DNA of 64,000 nucleotides from a virus (lineage: Duplodnaviria; Caudoviricetes): the IMG/VR virus record IMGVR_UViG_3300022173_000064, positions 624-64,623 of that record. One strand, 5' to 3'. This document shows positions 34,516-44,670 of this stretch, piece after piece. The notes under the pieces are model-generated. The model was not told the DNA's origin. It saw only the letters and a program-made list of their open reading frames with translations, and made no database searches. Both the position numbers and the translations under genes were made by a program. Every line of letters starts with the position of its first letter. The stretch's first letter is position 1.

Positions 34516-34899
34516 ATGTCTAACTACGATCTCGATCTCATCAACGCCGAGCGGCGCCGCAAGGGAAAGCCGCCTATCACGCCGGCACAGGCACGCACGG
34601 CCGTCAGCACCGGACCTGGCAGCGGCTTCGACATGACCCACTTCCTGATCGGCTACGCGACGGGCATTCCGATGCCGTCAGGCGCCGGGATCGTGGGCGC
34701 GATGCTGCACCCATCATCCTCCACGGCCGCCGCCTCGCCATCCTCATCGAGCGACGACAGCTTCAGCGGTGGTGGCGGATCATACAGCGGCGAGGGTGCC
34801 AGCAGTTCCTGGGACTCGTCGTCAAGCTCCAGTTCGTCCGATAGCTCGTCGTCTTCGTCGTCGGATTCCGGTTCGTCGTCTTCAGGTAGCAGCGAATGA
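34516..34899 (+). CDS. Protein with Ser-rich low-complexity C-terminus
   Basis: AGGAG SD; tail SSSDDSFSGGGGSYSGEGASSSWDSSSS... Confidence 0.6.
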   Translation: MSNYDLDLINAERRRKGKPPITPAQARTAVSTGPGSGFDMTHFLIGYATGIPMPSGAGIVGAMLHPSSSTAAASPSSSSDDSFSGGGGSYSGEGASSSWDSSSSSSSSDSSSSSSSDSGSSSSGSSE

Positions 34900-35558
34900 C
34901 CGCGCCTCGTCCCCACTCCCAGCCAGTGGCCGACGAATTAAAGAAGCGAGCCCCAGCCATGACCTCCCCTACCTCCCCTGAACAAGATGAACTGCTGGCC
35001 GCTGTTGCAAGGCTGCGCGCTTTTACGAGTGGCCACGATTCCGACGAGAACGCGGACAATTCAGAACCGAACTTTCACCAGGACGTTGAAGTTTTGGCTG
35101 CCTCCGCCCTTCGCTCGCCGCAACCTCAGTGCGGGGTGCATACTGTGGACGCAATCATCAAGGCCGCGCGTGAATGCGTTCATGATTACTACGTGGCCAG
35201 CGGAATCGTTCACACGGCAGAGGGCGACGGCTACGGGGCGCTGCGAGCGCTCCGCGTGGCCCTAGAGCTGCATGACGAAGCCGCCCTCTCCCCTGATACG
35301 GCAAGGGGGCGGGAGTGGCAGCCGATCGAGACGGCGCCGCGGGACGGAACGCCGATCGAGGTTTGCAACACCAGGCATCCGTCGCGCCCGCCGGTTATCG
35401 TTCGATGGACCGACGAGGGTCTGTCGGAAGATTTGCTCGATCCGCACTGGACCGATGCAGCCACGGCAGACGGGTCAGCGCTCTATTACAACCAGAACTA
35501 TTTCGATTTCTGGAAGCCCACCACCCCGCTTCCATCGGCAGACGGAGGAAGCAAATGA
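34896..35558 (+). CDS. Hypothetical protein with DUF551-like WQPIETAPRDGT domain
   Basis: C-terminal WQPIETAPRDGTPI..W..P motif. Confidence 0.6.
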   Translation: MTAPRPHSQPVADELKKRAPAMTSPTSPEQDELLAAVARLRAFTSGHDSDENADNSEPNFHQDVEVLAASALRSPQPQCGVHTVDAIIKAARECVHDYYVASGIVHTAEGDGYGALRALRVALELHDEAALSPDTARGREWQPIETAPRDGTPIEVCNTRHPSRPPVIVRWTDEGLSEDLLDPHWTDAATADGSALYYNQNYFDFWKPTTPLPSADGGSK

Positions 35559-35725
35559 GGTACGTCACCTTGGCAGTTGCGCTTGCCGCCGCTAATTTTG
35601 GGTATCGATATTTTGGCGATGCCAACTGGGCGATTGCAATTGATAGAACGTGGTTTCAGACGTGCGCGATTGCGGCGTGCTGGATGACTGACGCGATCTC
35701 CTCACCCGACCGGGTGCAAAAATGA
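35555..35725 (+). CDS. Small membrane protein
   Basis: GGAGG SD, two hydrophobic segments. Confidence 0.45.
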   Translation: MRYVTLAVALAAANFGYRYFGDANWAIAIDRTWFQTCAIAACWMTDAISSPDRVQK

Positions 35726-35872
35726 GCCTTCTATCCGAAGCCATGCGCCTCATCCAGAACCGTCAGGCCGAGAAGGACAACCGGCGCCGGGGTGACGAGT
35801 CGTCGCGCCAGCGCGAGGTCGAGGTGCTGGAGCGGATTGCATCGCGGATTTCCTCCACGGAGTGCAAGTGAC

Positions 35873-36157
35873 ATGAAACGCTGGCGCGAATTACACGACA
35901 AAAGCATTGTCCACGCCGAAAGCGCGGGCGGCGTAGACTATACGCTTTGCGGGGATGCCCTAGAAGGCGAGAACGGCGACACTCCGATGGAGTTGACGCG
36001 CGATCTAATCCGCTGCGGGCGATGCGAAGCCATCATTCTGCATTGCAAGATGATCAAGCCGGCAGAGATAAACAAATTCAGCCGGCGGAGAATTGAAGCT
36101 GCGCGCACTGTTCGCGGCACTTCACGGCTCTCTTCGCATCACGGAGGAAGCAAATGA
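35873..36157 (+). CDS. Hypothetical protein (H..C..CxxC)
   Basis: IVHA..TLCG..RCGRC motif. Confidence 0.5.
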   Translation: MKRWRELHDKSIVHAESAGGVDYTLCGDALEGENGDTPMELTRDLIRCGRCEAIILHCKMIKPAEINKFSRRRIEAARTVRGTSRLSSHHGGSK

Positions 36158-36384
36158 AATGGGTTGTCGCATACTTGGTTGCCGGCGTTCTGCTGACGCA
36201 CGCTTGGAACATCCAAGTGCAACATGCTTGCGGCCGGCCGATGCCGTTTGCGGGGCTTGTGACGGCGCCAGCGGTGATGCCGATCTTTGCGCCATTCATC
36301 ATCTGGGACGATATGAAACCGACGTGTGATCGCATGAAGCTTTCATCGCGAGTCCTTTTGCAACACTCGGGAGGCGAGAAGTGA
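36154..36384 (+). CDS. Small membrane/secreted protein
   Basis: GGAGG SD; hydrophobic N-terminus. Confidence 0.45.
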   Translation: MKWVVAYLVAGVLLTHAWNIQVQHACGRPMPFAGLVTAPAVMPIFAPFIIWDDMKPTCDRMKLSSRVLLQHSGGEK

Positions 36385-36809
36385 TCCTCTGGCTTGACCA
36401 TAAAATTTTCGGGAATGGGCACGGCCTCGGCTCGCCATACTTCGACAACAAATTCTATTGGCTGAGCGGCCAACTGTACACGTTCATGCACGGCTTCGGC
36501 GCTCAGCTGCACAGCATCCAATGGCGGCACCCGTTGGCCGGAGAGCGCCGCGAACTGTTCGGGTATCGATTTGAGGTGCTGCACAGCACACGGCAATTTA
36601 TGTGGCTGTGGCCCGATAAGGTTTTTGCAATGCCTACGCCGATATGCAGGGTGATGGTTGCCTGGGGGCGCGTCGATCTGCCGAAGGAAATTGACGAGGC
36701 CAACGCCGAAATACGGCACATGGCAACGCAGGTTGGTCTGTCGCACCCAGACAAGCGCCGTTGGCCCGCCCCGCCAGTCACGTCGCGACACCAGTTAGGA
36801 GGCGAGTGA
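36381..36809 (+). CDS. Hypothetical protein
   Basis: GGGAGG SD; GTGA coupling. Confidence 0.5.
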   Translation: MILWLDHKIFGNGHGLGSPYFDNKFYWLSGQLYTFMHGFGAQLHSIQWRHPLAGERRELFGYRFEVLHSTRQFMWLWPDKVFAMPTPICRVMVAWGRVDLPKEIDEANAEIRHMATQVGLSHPDKRRWPAPPVTSRHQLGGE

Positions 36810-36908
36810 TGCCAATCGAGATGATCTTGTATTTCGCCGTTGGAATGTTCGCCGTCTGGCTGTTCGTCCGGTGGATTTTTAGTCACTGACCAGAGGAGAA
36901 GCCAACCA

Positions 36909-37202
36909 ATGATTGCCGATTGCGAGACCTGCGACCGCAAGCAAGTGCCCTGCAAATCCTGTCAGGAGAGCCAACGCGCTATTTGCTACGTCTGTCGGGG
37001 CGACATTGCCGATCCTTACGGAGAATCAGAGGACATGGACCCGGAGGCAGAAATGCACCTGGCCATTAAGGCTTGGCTCAAGTGTCCGGCAGACAAGCGC
37101 CCGACGCCAGCCGCCCTCGGTCAACGAATTTCCGAGATTGCATCGTCGCTTTCGACCGCAGGACGGCCACTTCAAACCTATGAACCAGCGAGGCGCAAAT
37201 GA
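36909..37202 (+). CDS. Cys-rich Zn-finger protein
   Basis: CETC..CKSC..CYVC; GAGGAG SD. Confidence 0.55.
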   Translation: MIADCETCDRKQVPCKSCQESQRAICYVCRGDIADPYGESEDMDPEAEMHLAIKAWLKCPADKRPTPAALGQRISEIASSLSTAGRPLQTYEPARRK

Positions 37203-37384
37203 GCCGAGAAATTGATTTGAATAAGCAGTCCGACCGCCGCCGAGGTTTCCGAGATTCAAGGGATGGTAAGCCCTACTACTGCAAAACTTGCGGCATTGGT
37301 TGGAACGAAATGATGGCCTGCGAGGAAGGCGATTGCGTCGAAGAAACCGAGGGCGACGCAATGAAGCGATACGAGCCCGCCTGA
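37199..37384 (+). CDS. Small Zn-finger protein
   Basis: YYCKTCG..CEEGDC; ATGA coupling. Confidence 0.5.
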   Translation: MSREIDLNKQSDRRRGFRDSRDGKPYYCKTCGIGWNEMMACEEGDCVEETEGDAMKRYEPA

Positions 37385-37532
37385 TGATAGTCATTGACGA
37401 AATAGCGGCCCGTAACAAGGTGATCGACGCGCTACAGGAAAGCGGTGCCCTGGGCGTCAAGACCCGCCCTGACAACGGTTAGCGGGGCCATGAGATGCCA
37501 AGGAACCGCTTAAATTAAATGGAGGAAATAAG

Positions 37533-37685
37533 ATGCTGACGATGAGATGCGCTAGATGCGCCGGCAAGCTGTACCCGAATGAAATGAACGTTTGCTCGGC
37601 TTGCTATGCACGGCCCCACTTTCAGCCGATTCCTGCGCCGCCTGTCATACCCGTTTCGGTGGTCACGTCGCGAGAGCAGTCATGA
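37533..37685 (+). CDS. 50-aa Zn-ribbon protein (below ORF-track cutoff)
   Basis: GGAGG SD; MLTMRCARCAGKLYPNEMNVCSAC; ATGA coupling to next gene. Confidence 0.5.
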   Translation: MLTMRCARCAGKLYPNEMNVCSACYARPHFQPIPAPPVIPVSVVTSREQS

Positions 37686-38047
37686 CAAAAAGCAAAGAAC
37701 GCCCTTACGTCTATATCGATTCCGGCGACTTGGATTTCCGAGACATCGATAGCCCGAAGTTGCCGCCCGGAATCATCGTCTGTTTCTCCTGCCTGGGAAA
37801 CGGCAAGAAGGTCCAGCGCTACTGCGACGCGCCGACGATGACAGGACCATGTGACAGCCATCTCTGCGGCGGCAGCGGGTTCATGTATGCCGAGACATGC
37901 CGCGGCGCCCCGACGAGCGTCACCAACCAGATTGCCGGCATGAACGGGCTGGAGCAGGCAATGCCATGGCAGGCCGTTTCGATGTACGGGCTGCGGTGGA
38001 AGCGCAGTCGCACTGGCGCTGTTGTGGGAACAGGGAGCAAGACATGA
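37682..38047 (+). CDS. DnaJ-type Zn-finger-like protein
   Basis: CFSCLGNG..C..CGGSG repeats. Confidence 0.55.
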   Translation: MTKSKERPYVYIDSGDLDFRDIDSPKLPPGIIVCFSCLGNGKKVQRYCDAPTMTGPCDSHLCGGSGFMYAETCRGAPTSVTNQIAGMNGLEQAMPWQAVSMYGLRWKRSRTGAVVGTGSKT

Positions 38048-38367
38048 GCAAAGTTTCAGCGGGGCGATTTATCGAGCTTGACGATAATCGGCTGGTGTTC
38101 GTTGGCGACCTCCTCGACAAGGATGGCTACGGCATCGGATTCCGCAATAAGGATGGTGATGTCACTAAGTTTGCCCTCAGCGCCGAGGCCGCGACCGCGC
38201 TTGTCAGTCTCCTTACCAGCCCAGATGCAGGCACATTCACGGAAGAACCGACGTTCCTCGTCAATAAGGCAGAGGAAATGGTCTACCGCTGGCGGGCCAT
38301 CGTTACCAAGGACGGGGCCGTCATCCCCGATGGGGATGTCGGATCAGTCACGGGGGAGCGGACATGA
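38044..38367 (+). CDS. Hypothetical protein
   Basis: GGGAG SD; coupling on both sides. Confidence 0.5.
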   Translation: MSKVSAGRFIELDDNRLVFVGDLLDKDGYGIGFRNKDGDVTKFALSAEAATALVSLLTSPDAGTFTEEPTFLVNKAEEMVYRWRAIVTKDGAVIPDGDVGSVTGERT

Positions 38368-38594
38368 GCGACGATCACCGCGAGGCGATGCTTGAAATGG
38401 GAGAGCAGCCCGACCCGATCAAGGAAGCATTGCGGCGCATGATAGCCGAGTTCGGAGACTACCATTATCATACATGCCCAGCCGACAACGATACCGGCCT
38501 GTGTGACTGCTTTGCGGGCCATCTTCTGAACGATGCCAGGAGAGCCATCGACCTGTCATCCCCACTCCCTCCGTCGAAATGCGAGGGCGAATGA
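38364..38594 (+). CDS. Hypothetical protein
   Basis: GGGGAG SD; H..TCP..CDC motif. Confidence 0.45.
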   Translation: MSDDHREAMLEMGEQPDPIKEALRRMIAEFGDYHYHTCPADNDTGLCDCFAGHLLNDARRAIDLSSPLPPSKCEGE

Positions 38595-38652
38595 GCCGAG
38601 CGCAGCCACCATCCTCTTGACGCCAACCTATTGACGGGACGATATTTCCAGA

Positions 38653-39156
38653 ATGCCGAGCAATTCCAAGCCGAAACACCCAGGCGGCCGACCGACCGTA
38701 TTCAAAAACGAGTATGTCGATCAGGCCCGCGCACTATGCCAACTCGGCGCGACCGAAACCGATCTGGCCAACTTCTTCAAGGTGACGACCGTCACCATTT
38801 GGCGCTGGCGAACGCGATACCCAGAGTTTTGTAGTGCCCTAAAGGTCGGTCGAGACGTAGCTGACGATCGCGTGGAGAGCAGCCTGTACCACCGGGCGAA
38901 CGGCTACACCTATGATGCGGTTAAGATTTTTCCGCCCTCTGGGAAGCGCGACAAGCCGCTGCTGGTGCCTTACAAAGAGCACGTTCCGCCCGACACCACG
39001 GCGGCGATCTTCTGGCTCAAGAACCGCCGGCGCCTGGAGTGGCGCGAAAAGCCGGACGTGGAGTTCAATGTCTCGGTCAATCTGCTGGACCTGGTGCTGG
39101 CGAGCTATCCCGAGCCGGTGGCACCGAAGCTGATCGAGCACGACAAGGACGAATAA
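38653..39156 (+). CDS. terS: Terminase small subunit
   Basis: GGRPT, HTH region, YPEFCSALKVG, SLYHRANGY, HVPPDTTAAIFWLKNR. Confidence 0.85.
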   Translation: MPSNSKPKHPGGRPTVFKNEYVDQARALCQLGATETDLANFFKVTTVTIWRWRTRYPEFCSALKVGRDVADDRVESSLYHRANGYTYDAVKIFPPSGKRDKPLLVPYKEHVPPDTTAAIFWLKNRRRLEWREKPDVEFNVSVNLLDLVLASYPEPVAPKLIEHDKDE

Positions 39157-39203
39157 TGCCAAGTAACGCTTGGTAACGCGCGTTACCTGTGCTAGGTAAC
39201 GCC

Positions 39204-39446
39204 ATGGACGGAATTTCACAGACCATCAGCCGAGTGCGCCGCGCGATGCCGCGGAACCAGGACGTGATGGCTGTGTGCGACTACGCCGAGCAATCATTGG
39301 CGCGTAGCTCAGCCGGATCAGAGCATCCGCCTTCTAAGCGGCAGGTCGCCGGTTCGAGTCCGGCCGCGCCAGCCAAGCCAAAACTGAGCCGGGCTGAGAT
39401 CCAGCGGAACTATCGCTTGCGGAAGAAGGTCAAAAAAAATGGATAG
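39204..39446 (+). CDS. Hypothetical protein containing an in-frame tRNA gene
   Basis: RRAMPRNQDVMAVCD N-terminus, EIQRNYRLRKK C-terminus; stop overlaps next start. Confidence 0.55.
   Translation: MDGISQTISRVRRAMPRNQDVMAVCDYAEQSLARSSAGSEHPPSKRQVAGSSPAAPAKPKLSRAEIQRNYRLRKKVKKNG
39298..39375 (+). tRNA. tRNA-Arg(UCU)
   Basis: Acceptor TGGCGCG/CGCGCCA, D-arm GCTC/GAGC, anticodon loop CTTCTAA, T-arm GCCGG-TTCGAGT-CCGGC, G73, encoded CCA. Confidence 0.88.
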
Positions 39447-39825
39447 GCCAATTTGGTATGTCTACGGGCTTATCGCTCCTGAGGACAATTGGGTGTTTTA
39501 CGTCGGCATCACCACCAATTTGAAGAAGCGGCTCGGGCAGCACATGACCAATCGAGATTCGGCGGCTTACGAGGCGTGTCGGCAAATATTGCGCCAAGGC
39601 GATATCCCGCGCATGTGCTGCTTCATGGGGACATACGACAAAGATGCGGCCCTGCAATTAGAGCGGCATCTGATCATCGGCATTCCTCAGACTTACAATC
39701 GGACATTCTTCAAGGAGGGTTTTAAGTTCTGGGAGTCCACACGCGATCGCATGTTTGCCAAGTACACCGCCGACGAAATGGTGGAGATGGGCCATGGCCG
39801 CAAGGCCGAGGGGAAACAGCCGTGA
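39439..39825 (+). CDS. GIY-YIG nuclease-family protein
   Basis: YVYGL..FYVGIT.NLKKRLGQH..LE signature. Confidence 0.75.
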   Translation: MDRPIWYVYGLIAPEDNWVFYVGITTNLKKRLGQHMTNRDSAAYEACRQILRQGDIPRMCCFMGTYDKDAALQLERHLIIGIPQTYNRTFFKEGFKFWESTRDRMFAKYTADEMVEMGHGRKAEGKQP

Positions 39826-41941
39826 CACCAACGGTCGAGATGTCATTCAACGCGCTCAAGGTCCGTTTTGGCAGCATGACGCATTTACGGATCGACGTCA
39901 CGAAACTGATCGGTTTTCAGTCTTGGCGGGAGGGGTACGGCAATCGAAAGTTTGTCATTGAGTACACCATGGTCGGCGGCCAGATCGTCTGCGAATACGA
40001 TACCGAGGACAATTGGAAGGCGATCTTGGATGGGCTTGATAAAGCCTTGGATCAGCCTAACCGCGGGGATGGGACGAAGCCGTGAGTGAGATTGATCACC
40101 GGATGGTGGATGATTTTGTGGCTGCCCTGCAGATGCCAGGCGCCGACCGCGAGATTGCCTTGGACGCGATGGCCGAGCATCTTCCGGAATCGATGGCCGC
40201 ATTCACCAAGATTGAGAGAGCGGTAAACATATTGCGGGGCGACGTGATAAAGCGCGCCGCTGAGAAGGAAAAACAATGAGCCGCGCCGAACGCCGCCGCG
40301 CCACGCTCGCCCAGAGCCAGGGCAACGCGCAGATGATTTTCTCGGTGCTGCAGACCGAGCCGACGCCGCGGGACGCGATGGCGACGCTGAGCGCGGTGCA
40401 TGCGGCGATGATCTGGACGCAGGAGCAGAGCGACGAGGCGCGCGCTCGGGCGCTGGCGATCGAGGCTGTGGACGGGATCATTGAGCTGTGGCGCGTCAAC
40501 CGCGACGCGACGGCCGAGACGAAGCAATGAAGCCGAGCGTCACAGTCAGTTTTGACCCCGACATCCAGCCGCAGATCGAATCGCGGCCGGGGATGAAATT
40601 CATCTGTCGGGCATGCTGTGCGCTGAGCCAGCTGCGTCCGGCGGTCGGCGGCGGGATCGTTACGTGGTGCCCGGCCGGCCACCCGCAGATCATGGTGAGC
40701 GCGGACGGCAAGGTCGTGGGGACGAGCGCGTGAGGGAGCTTGCTACATTCGTGATGCTGTCAGTCGCGGCCGTGGTCCTGTTCACCATCCTTGGGATATA
40801 CCTCGGCGACCCGCTGCCGCCTGCAGGAGATTTCTGGCAATGATCCAACTCTCATTTAATCTCAGATCGTTTCCGCGCACGATCGGCCGCAAGGAGTGGC
40901 GCGAGATTTGGCGGTGGAAGCGATGCACCGAGAAGGAACTTGCCATCCATGCCAAGCGGCAGATGGAGGATTTTGTCACTTTCGGATCCACGATGCCAGC
41001 CACCACGCGCGCCGACATCATGAACAAGATGGTAAATCCCCCAATCCTGATGCACGAGAGGTCAATGGATTGGCATTTCCATGGAGGCATGGTGAGAAAA
41101 TGACCGCATCCCCGGCGCGCATCGCGGAGATTCGCCGCCTCGTCGACGACCCTGCGCTGGAGCCGATCAAGGCCCTCGCCCGCATGAGCAACGCAATCAT
41201 GGATATCATCGCGACGTCGCGCCAGGGCGAGCTCGAGGCCGCGCTGATTGCCAAGGGCTTCTCGATCGGCGACATCAAGCGGGATCTGCCGTCGGCGCTG
41301 TGCTTCATCGACGAATTCGGGAAGGTTGGTAAATGATCCGCGCATTCCGCCGCTGGTTCGGGTTAAAGTGCTGGCTGCGCATGTGCGGCGGCAGGATCGG
41401 GTTCACCTGCGACGACGGGATTTGCTGGCGCTGCGCAAGCTGCGGGAAGGAGATGGAGTGATGCCAAAGCCTCGTTTCATCGCGTGGATGGATTGGATAC
41501 TTGATGGCGATGCCGTGAGTTATTCAACTGCTGGATATGGCTCTGCCGAGTCTCCCTCAGGATGTCTGTGGATCGTGCCCGGAACCTACCGCGCATGACC
41601 GAAGGCGCCGAAGCGGGCGGCAGGATTGGCTTCGCGTCCGACGACGAGATATGCTGGCGCTGTGCGCAATGCGGAAGGGATGTGGAATGACGATCAAGAT
41701 GCGATGCACCCGCACAAACGGCCGGACTGCGATCGTTCATGCGAAGGATCTCGGCGCTCGTGTTTTTCGAGGCCAGGAGGTCTACACCACCGCACTCTGG
41801 TTCAAGAACGGGCCGCGTCGCTATTCTCGCGTTGACCGCGCTATGGTGGACAAGCGCGGACTCACCTATCGCCTTGAGATAGACGAGACCGTGCTGGATA
41901 GCATGGGCGCGATTGGCCCATTTGAAATAATGTGGAAATGA
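39822..41941 (+). other. Chain of translationally coupled small hypothetical ORFs (39822-40085, 40082-40279, 40276-40530, 40527-40733, 40840-41103, 41100-41336, 41687-41941)
   Basis: ATGA/GTGA overlaps and SD sites; 40527 carries CxxC..C..H; no recognisable families. Confidence 0.5.
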
Positions 41942-41966
41942 CCGAAGGCGCAGGGAGGGAGATGGA

Positions 41967-42173
41967 ATGAGCACCTTGGGCGATGATCTTCCGAAGGAAA
42001 TGGCACGTATCCGTGACGTGGTGATGCCGGCCTATCAAGAAATAGGCCCGGCGGGTGGGTTTGCGCTCGCATTCATGAGGCGTGATCTGGATGCAGCTGC
42101 ACGCGCGATGGCAGATGGTGATCTCCCCGGCATGATCGCAGCCTACAAGGCGCTGAAAGACTACAAACTGTGA
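41967..42173 (+). CDS. Hypothetical protein
   Basis: GGGAG SD; LPKEMARIRD..Y..IGPAGGFA motif; coupled to terL. Confidence 0.55.
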   Translation: MSTLGDDLPKEMARIRDVVMPAYQEIGPAGGFALAFMRRDLDAAARAMADGDLPGMIAAYKALKDYKL

Positions 42174-43693
42174 CCGTCGAAGGTGCCGAATCCACCGCGG
42201 CCGAGCAGCGGGAAGCAATCCGCCGCGGCGGCCAGCAGATCGCCCGATGGCGCGCATCGCCTCTCGCGTTCGTCCGGGAGGAGTTCAAGGTTGAGCCGGA
42301 CCCGTGGCAGGCGGACGTGCTCGAGCAATTCCCGAGCAATCCGATGGTCGCGCTCACCGCGTGCAAGGGCCCGGGCAAGACCTGCGTGCTGGCGTGGCTC
42401 AACTGGAATTTCCTCGCGACCAGGCCGTTCCCGAAAATGGCGGCCACGTCGATCTCGGGCGACAACCTGCGGGACAACCTATGGGCCGAAATGGCCAAAT
42501 GGCGCGATCGCTCGGCCATGCTCAAGAACGAGTTCGAGTGGACCAAATCCCGCATCTACAATCGAAAGGCCGAGGAGACGTGGTTTCTGTCTGCGCGGAC
42601 ATGGCCACAATCGGCCGATCCGCAGAAGCAGGCGGACACGCTGGCCGGACTGCACGCCGATTACATCATGTTCACGCTGGATGAATCGGGCGGCATCCCC
42701 GACGCGGTGATGGTCGCGGCCGAGGCGGCGCTGTCGTCCTGCATCGAGGGCCATATCCTGCAGGCCGGCAACCCGACCCAGCTGTCCGGGCCGCTCTACC
42801 GCGCCAACCGGTCGCGCAAGGAAAAGGGCGGCCTGTGGCTGGTCATCAACATCACCGGCGATCCGGACGACCCGAAGCGGTCGCCGCGAGTGAGCGTCGA
42901 ATGGGCCCGGAACCAGATCGATACCCACGGCCGCGATAACCCCTGGGTATTGGTGAACGTGTTCGGCCAGTTCCCTCCGAGCTCATTCAACTCGCTGATC
43001 GGCGTCGACGAGGTACGCGAGGCGATGAAGCGGATGTACCGGGAATGGGATTACCGGGATGCGGCCAAGGTGCTCGGGGTCGACGTCGCCCGGTACGGCA
43101 ACGCGGCCAGCGTGGTCTACAAGCGCCAGGGCCTGCAATCCTTCCCGATGCGCAAGGTCCGCGGGGTGAATAGCGTCCAAGGCGCCGGCATCGTGGCGCG
43201 GGCGTGGGACGATTGGGCCGCGGATGCGTGCTTTGTCGACGCTACCGGCGGTTTCGGCGCCGGTTGGATTGACCAATTGATCCAGATCGGCAAAGCGCCG
43301 ATCGGCATCCAGTTTTCTCAGGAAGCGCACGAAAAGACCAAATACGCCAACAAACGCGCGGAAATGGCATTTGACGCGGTGCAGTGGATCAAGCGCGGCG
43401 GCGCGCTGGTCGAAAGCGAGGAATTGCTGCGGACCCTGACCGAGACGACCTACACGTTCCAGAAAGACCGGATCCTGCTCGAGCCGAAGGACGATATCGA
43501 AGCGCGGCTGGGCTTCACCCTGGACGAGTTCGACGGGCTGATCCTGACATTCGCCGAGCCGGTGAGCCCGAAGGCGCGGCAGGTATTCCGGCCGAAGAAC
43601 ATGGCGGATTACGATCCGCTGTCGGATCAGAAGGTGCGGGCCGATGTGGGGCTGGCGAGCGCGATCGATTCGAGTTATGATCCGTTTAAGTGA
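42170..43693 (+). CDS. terL: Terminase large subunit
   Basis: Walker A ACKGPGKT, Walker B MFTLDE, AGNPT coupling motif, nuclease LGVDVARYG and FVDATGGFG. Confidence 0.92.
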   Translation: MTVEGAESTAAEQREAIRRGGQQIARWRASPLAFVREEFKVEPDPWQADVLEQFPSNPMVALTACKGPGKTCVLAWLNWNFLATRPFPKMAATSISGDNLRDNLWAEMAKWRDRSAMLKNEFEWTKSRIYNRKAEETWFLSARTWPQSADPQKQADTLAGLHADYIMFTLDESGGIPDAVMVAAEAALSSCIEGHILQAGNPTQLSGPLYRANRSRKEKGGLWLVINITGDPDDPKRSPRVSVEWARNQIDTHGRDNPWVLVNVFGQFPPSSFNSLIGVDEVREAMKRMYREWDYRDAAKVLGVDVARYGNAASVVYKRQGLQSFPMRKVRGVNSVQGAGIVARAWDDWAADACFVDATGGFGAGWIDQLIQIGKAPIGIQFSQEAHEKTKYANKRAEMAFDAVQWIKRGGALVESEELLRTLTETTYTFQKDRILLEPKDDIEARLGFTLDEFDGLILTFAEPVSPKARQVFRPKNMADYDPLSDQKVRADVGLASAIDSSYDPFK

Positions 43694-44163
43694 GGATAGA
43701 GATCAATTGTGAGCACGCTCAAGCGCCGCGGGCAGGATCGACGCGAGCCCCTCGCCTATGTGCGGTTCGAAGTCGCTTGCGATGACGGTGGCGGCTTTCG
43801 CGGTGTGGCCGAGGCACTGGCCCTGTCGGCTCGGGGCGAGCGGATGGACCTTGAATTGCGCACCGGTAGCGCCCCACGATATCTCCGATGATGGCGAGGC
43901 TATGCGGCTGTTCCGCCGCCGCTGCGTCTACAACAATTCGATCCACGGCTACGGCAATTGGTGCTGGAGGGCCTACGACATCCCCATGCCAGACGCCGCA
44001 TGGCTCCTGCACCACGCAATCCGCGGCGAGAAGTTTTCATGCACGGGGGCGTCTGGCAACAACGCTTGCCGGCTATCCGATGCTCTCGACGAGAATGCGA
44101 GCCTGAGTGAGGTGACCTTGTACCTCGGTCTATTTGGCTGCTGACCGATCCCCGCCCCACACC

Positions 44164-44192
44164 TAGACATTTCCGCCGCCCCGCCATACCAT
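44164..44192 (+). promoter_or_regulatory. Putative head-operon promoter TAGACA-N17-TACCAT
   Basis: Hexamers with 17-nt spacer, followed by CCATCC/GGATGG hairpin. Confidence 0.5.
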
Positions 44193-44453
44193 CCGAGCCG
44201 ATTTCACCCTCGGCAGGGATGGTTTGCTCGTGGCCACAAAGGCAATCGCGCCCTTAGTCCCAATCCCGCGTGGCCCAACGCCGGAGCTTGTCGCCCCGCC
44301 CATGGTTGTGGTCGTGCCCGACGGCTTCCTGCTCGTAAACGCCCGGCCTTTGGCGGACGATAGCGTTCGGCTTCAATTTCGTGCATTGTCAGCCCTGACG
44401 GACAACACGCCGATTTCTCTTTCCATCACCGCCATGCGATAGGGTTGCTCATC

Positions 44454-44669
44454 ATGTCGTTTCTTACCCCCGAAGCGCCAGCCGCTCCGACACCCCCGCC
44501 GCCCCCGCCCGCACCGCCGACATTTGCAGACGCGGGCGCAAAGACCGCTGGCGCCGCGCAGCGGGCCGCAGCTGCAGCGGCCGCCGCCGGCGGGACGACC
44601 AAGACCAGCAGCCAGGGCAGCCCGGACCCGACCACGACGAAGGGCAGCAAGTCCCTTTTTGGCCAGTGA
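44454..44669 (+). CDS. Small Pro/Ala-rich virion-associated protein preceding portal
   Basis: PPPPPP..TSSQG..KSLFGQ pattern typical of the gene upstream of podovirus portals. Confidence 0.6.
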   Translation: MSFLTPEAPAAPTPPPPPPAPPTFADAGAKTAGAAQRAAAAAAAAGGTTKTSSQGSPDPTTTKGSKSLFGQ

Positions 44670-44670
44670 G

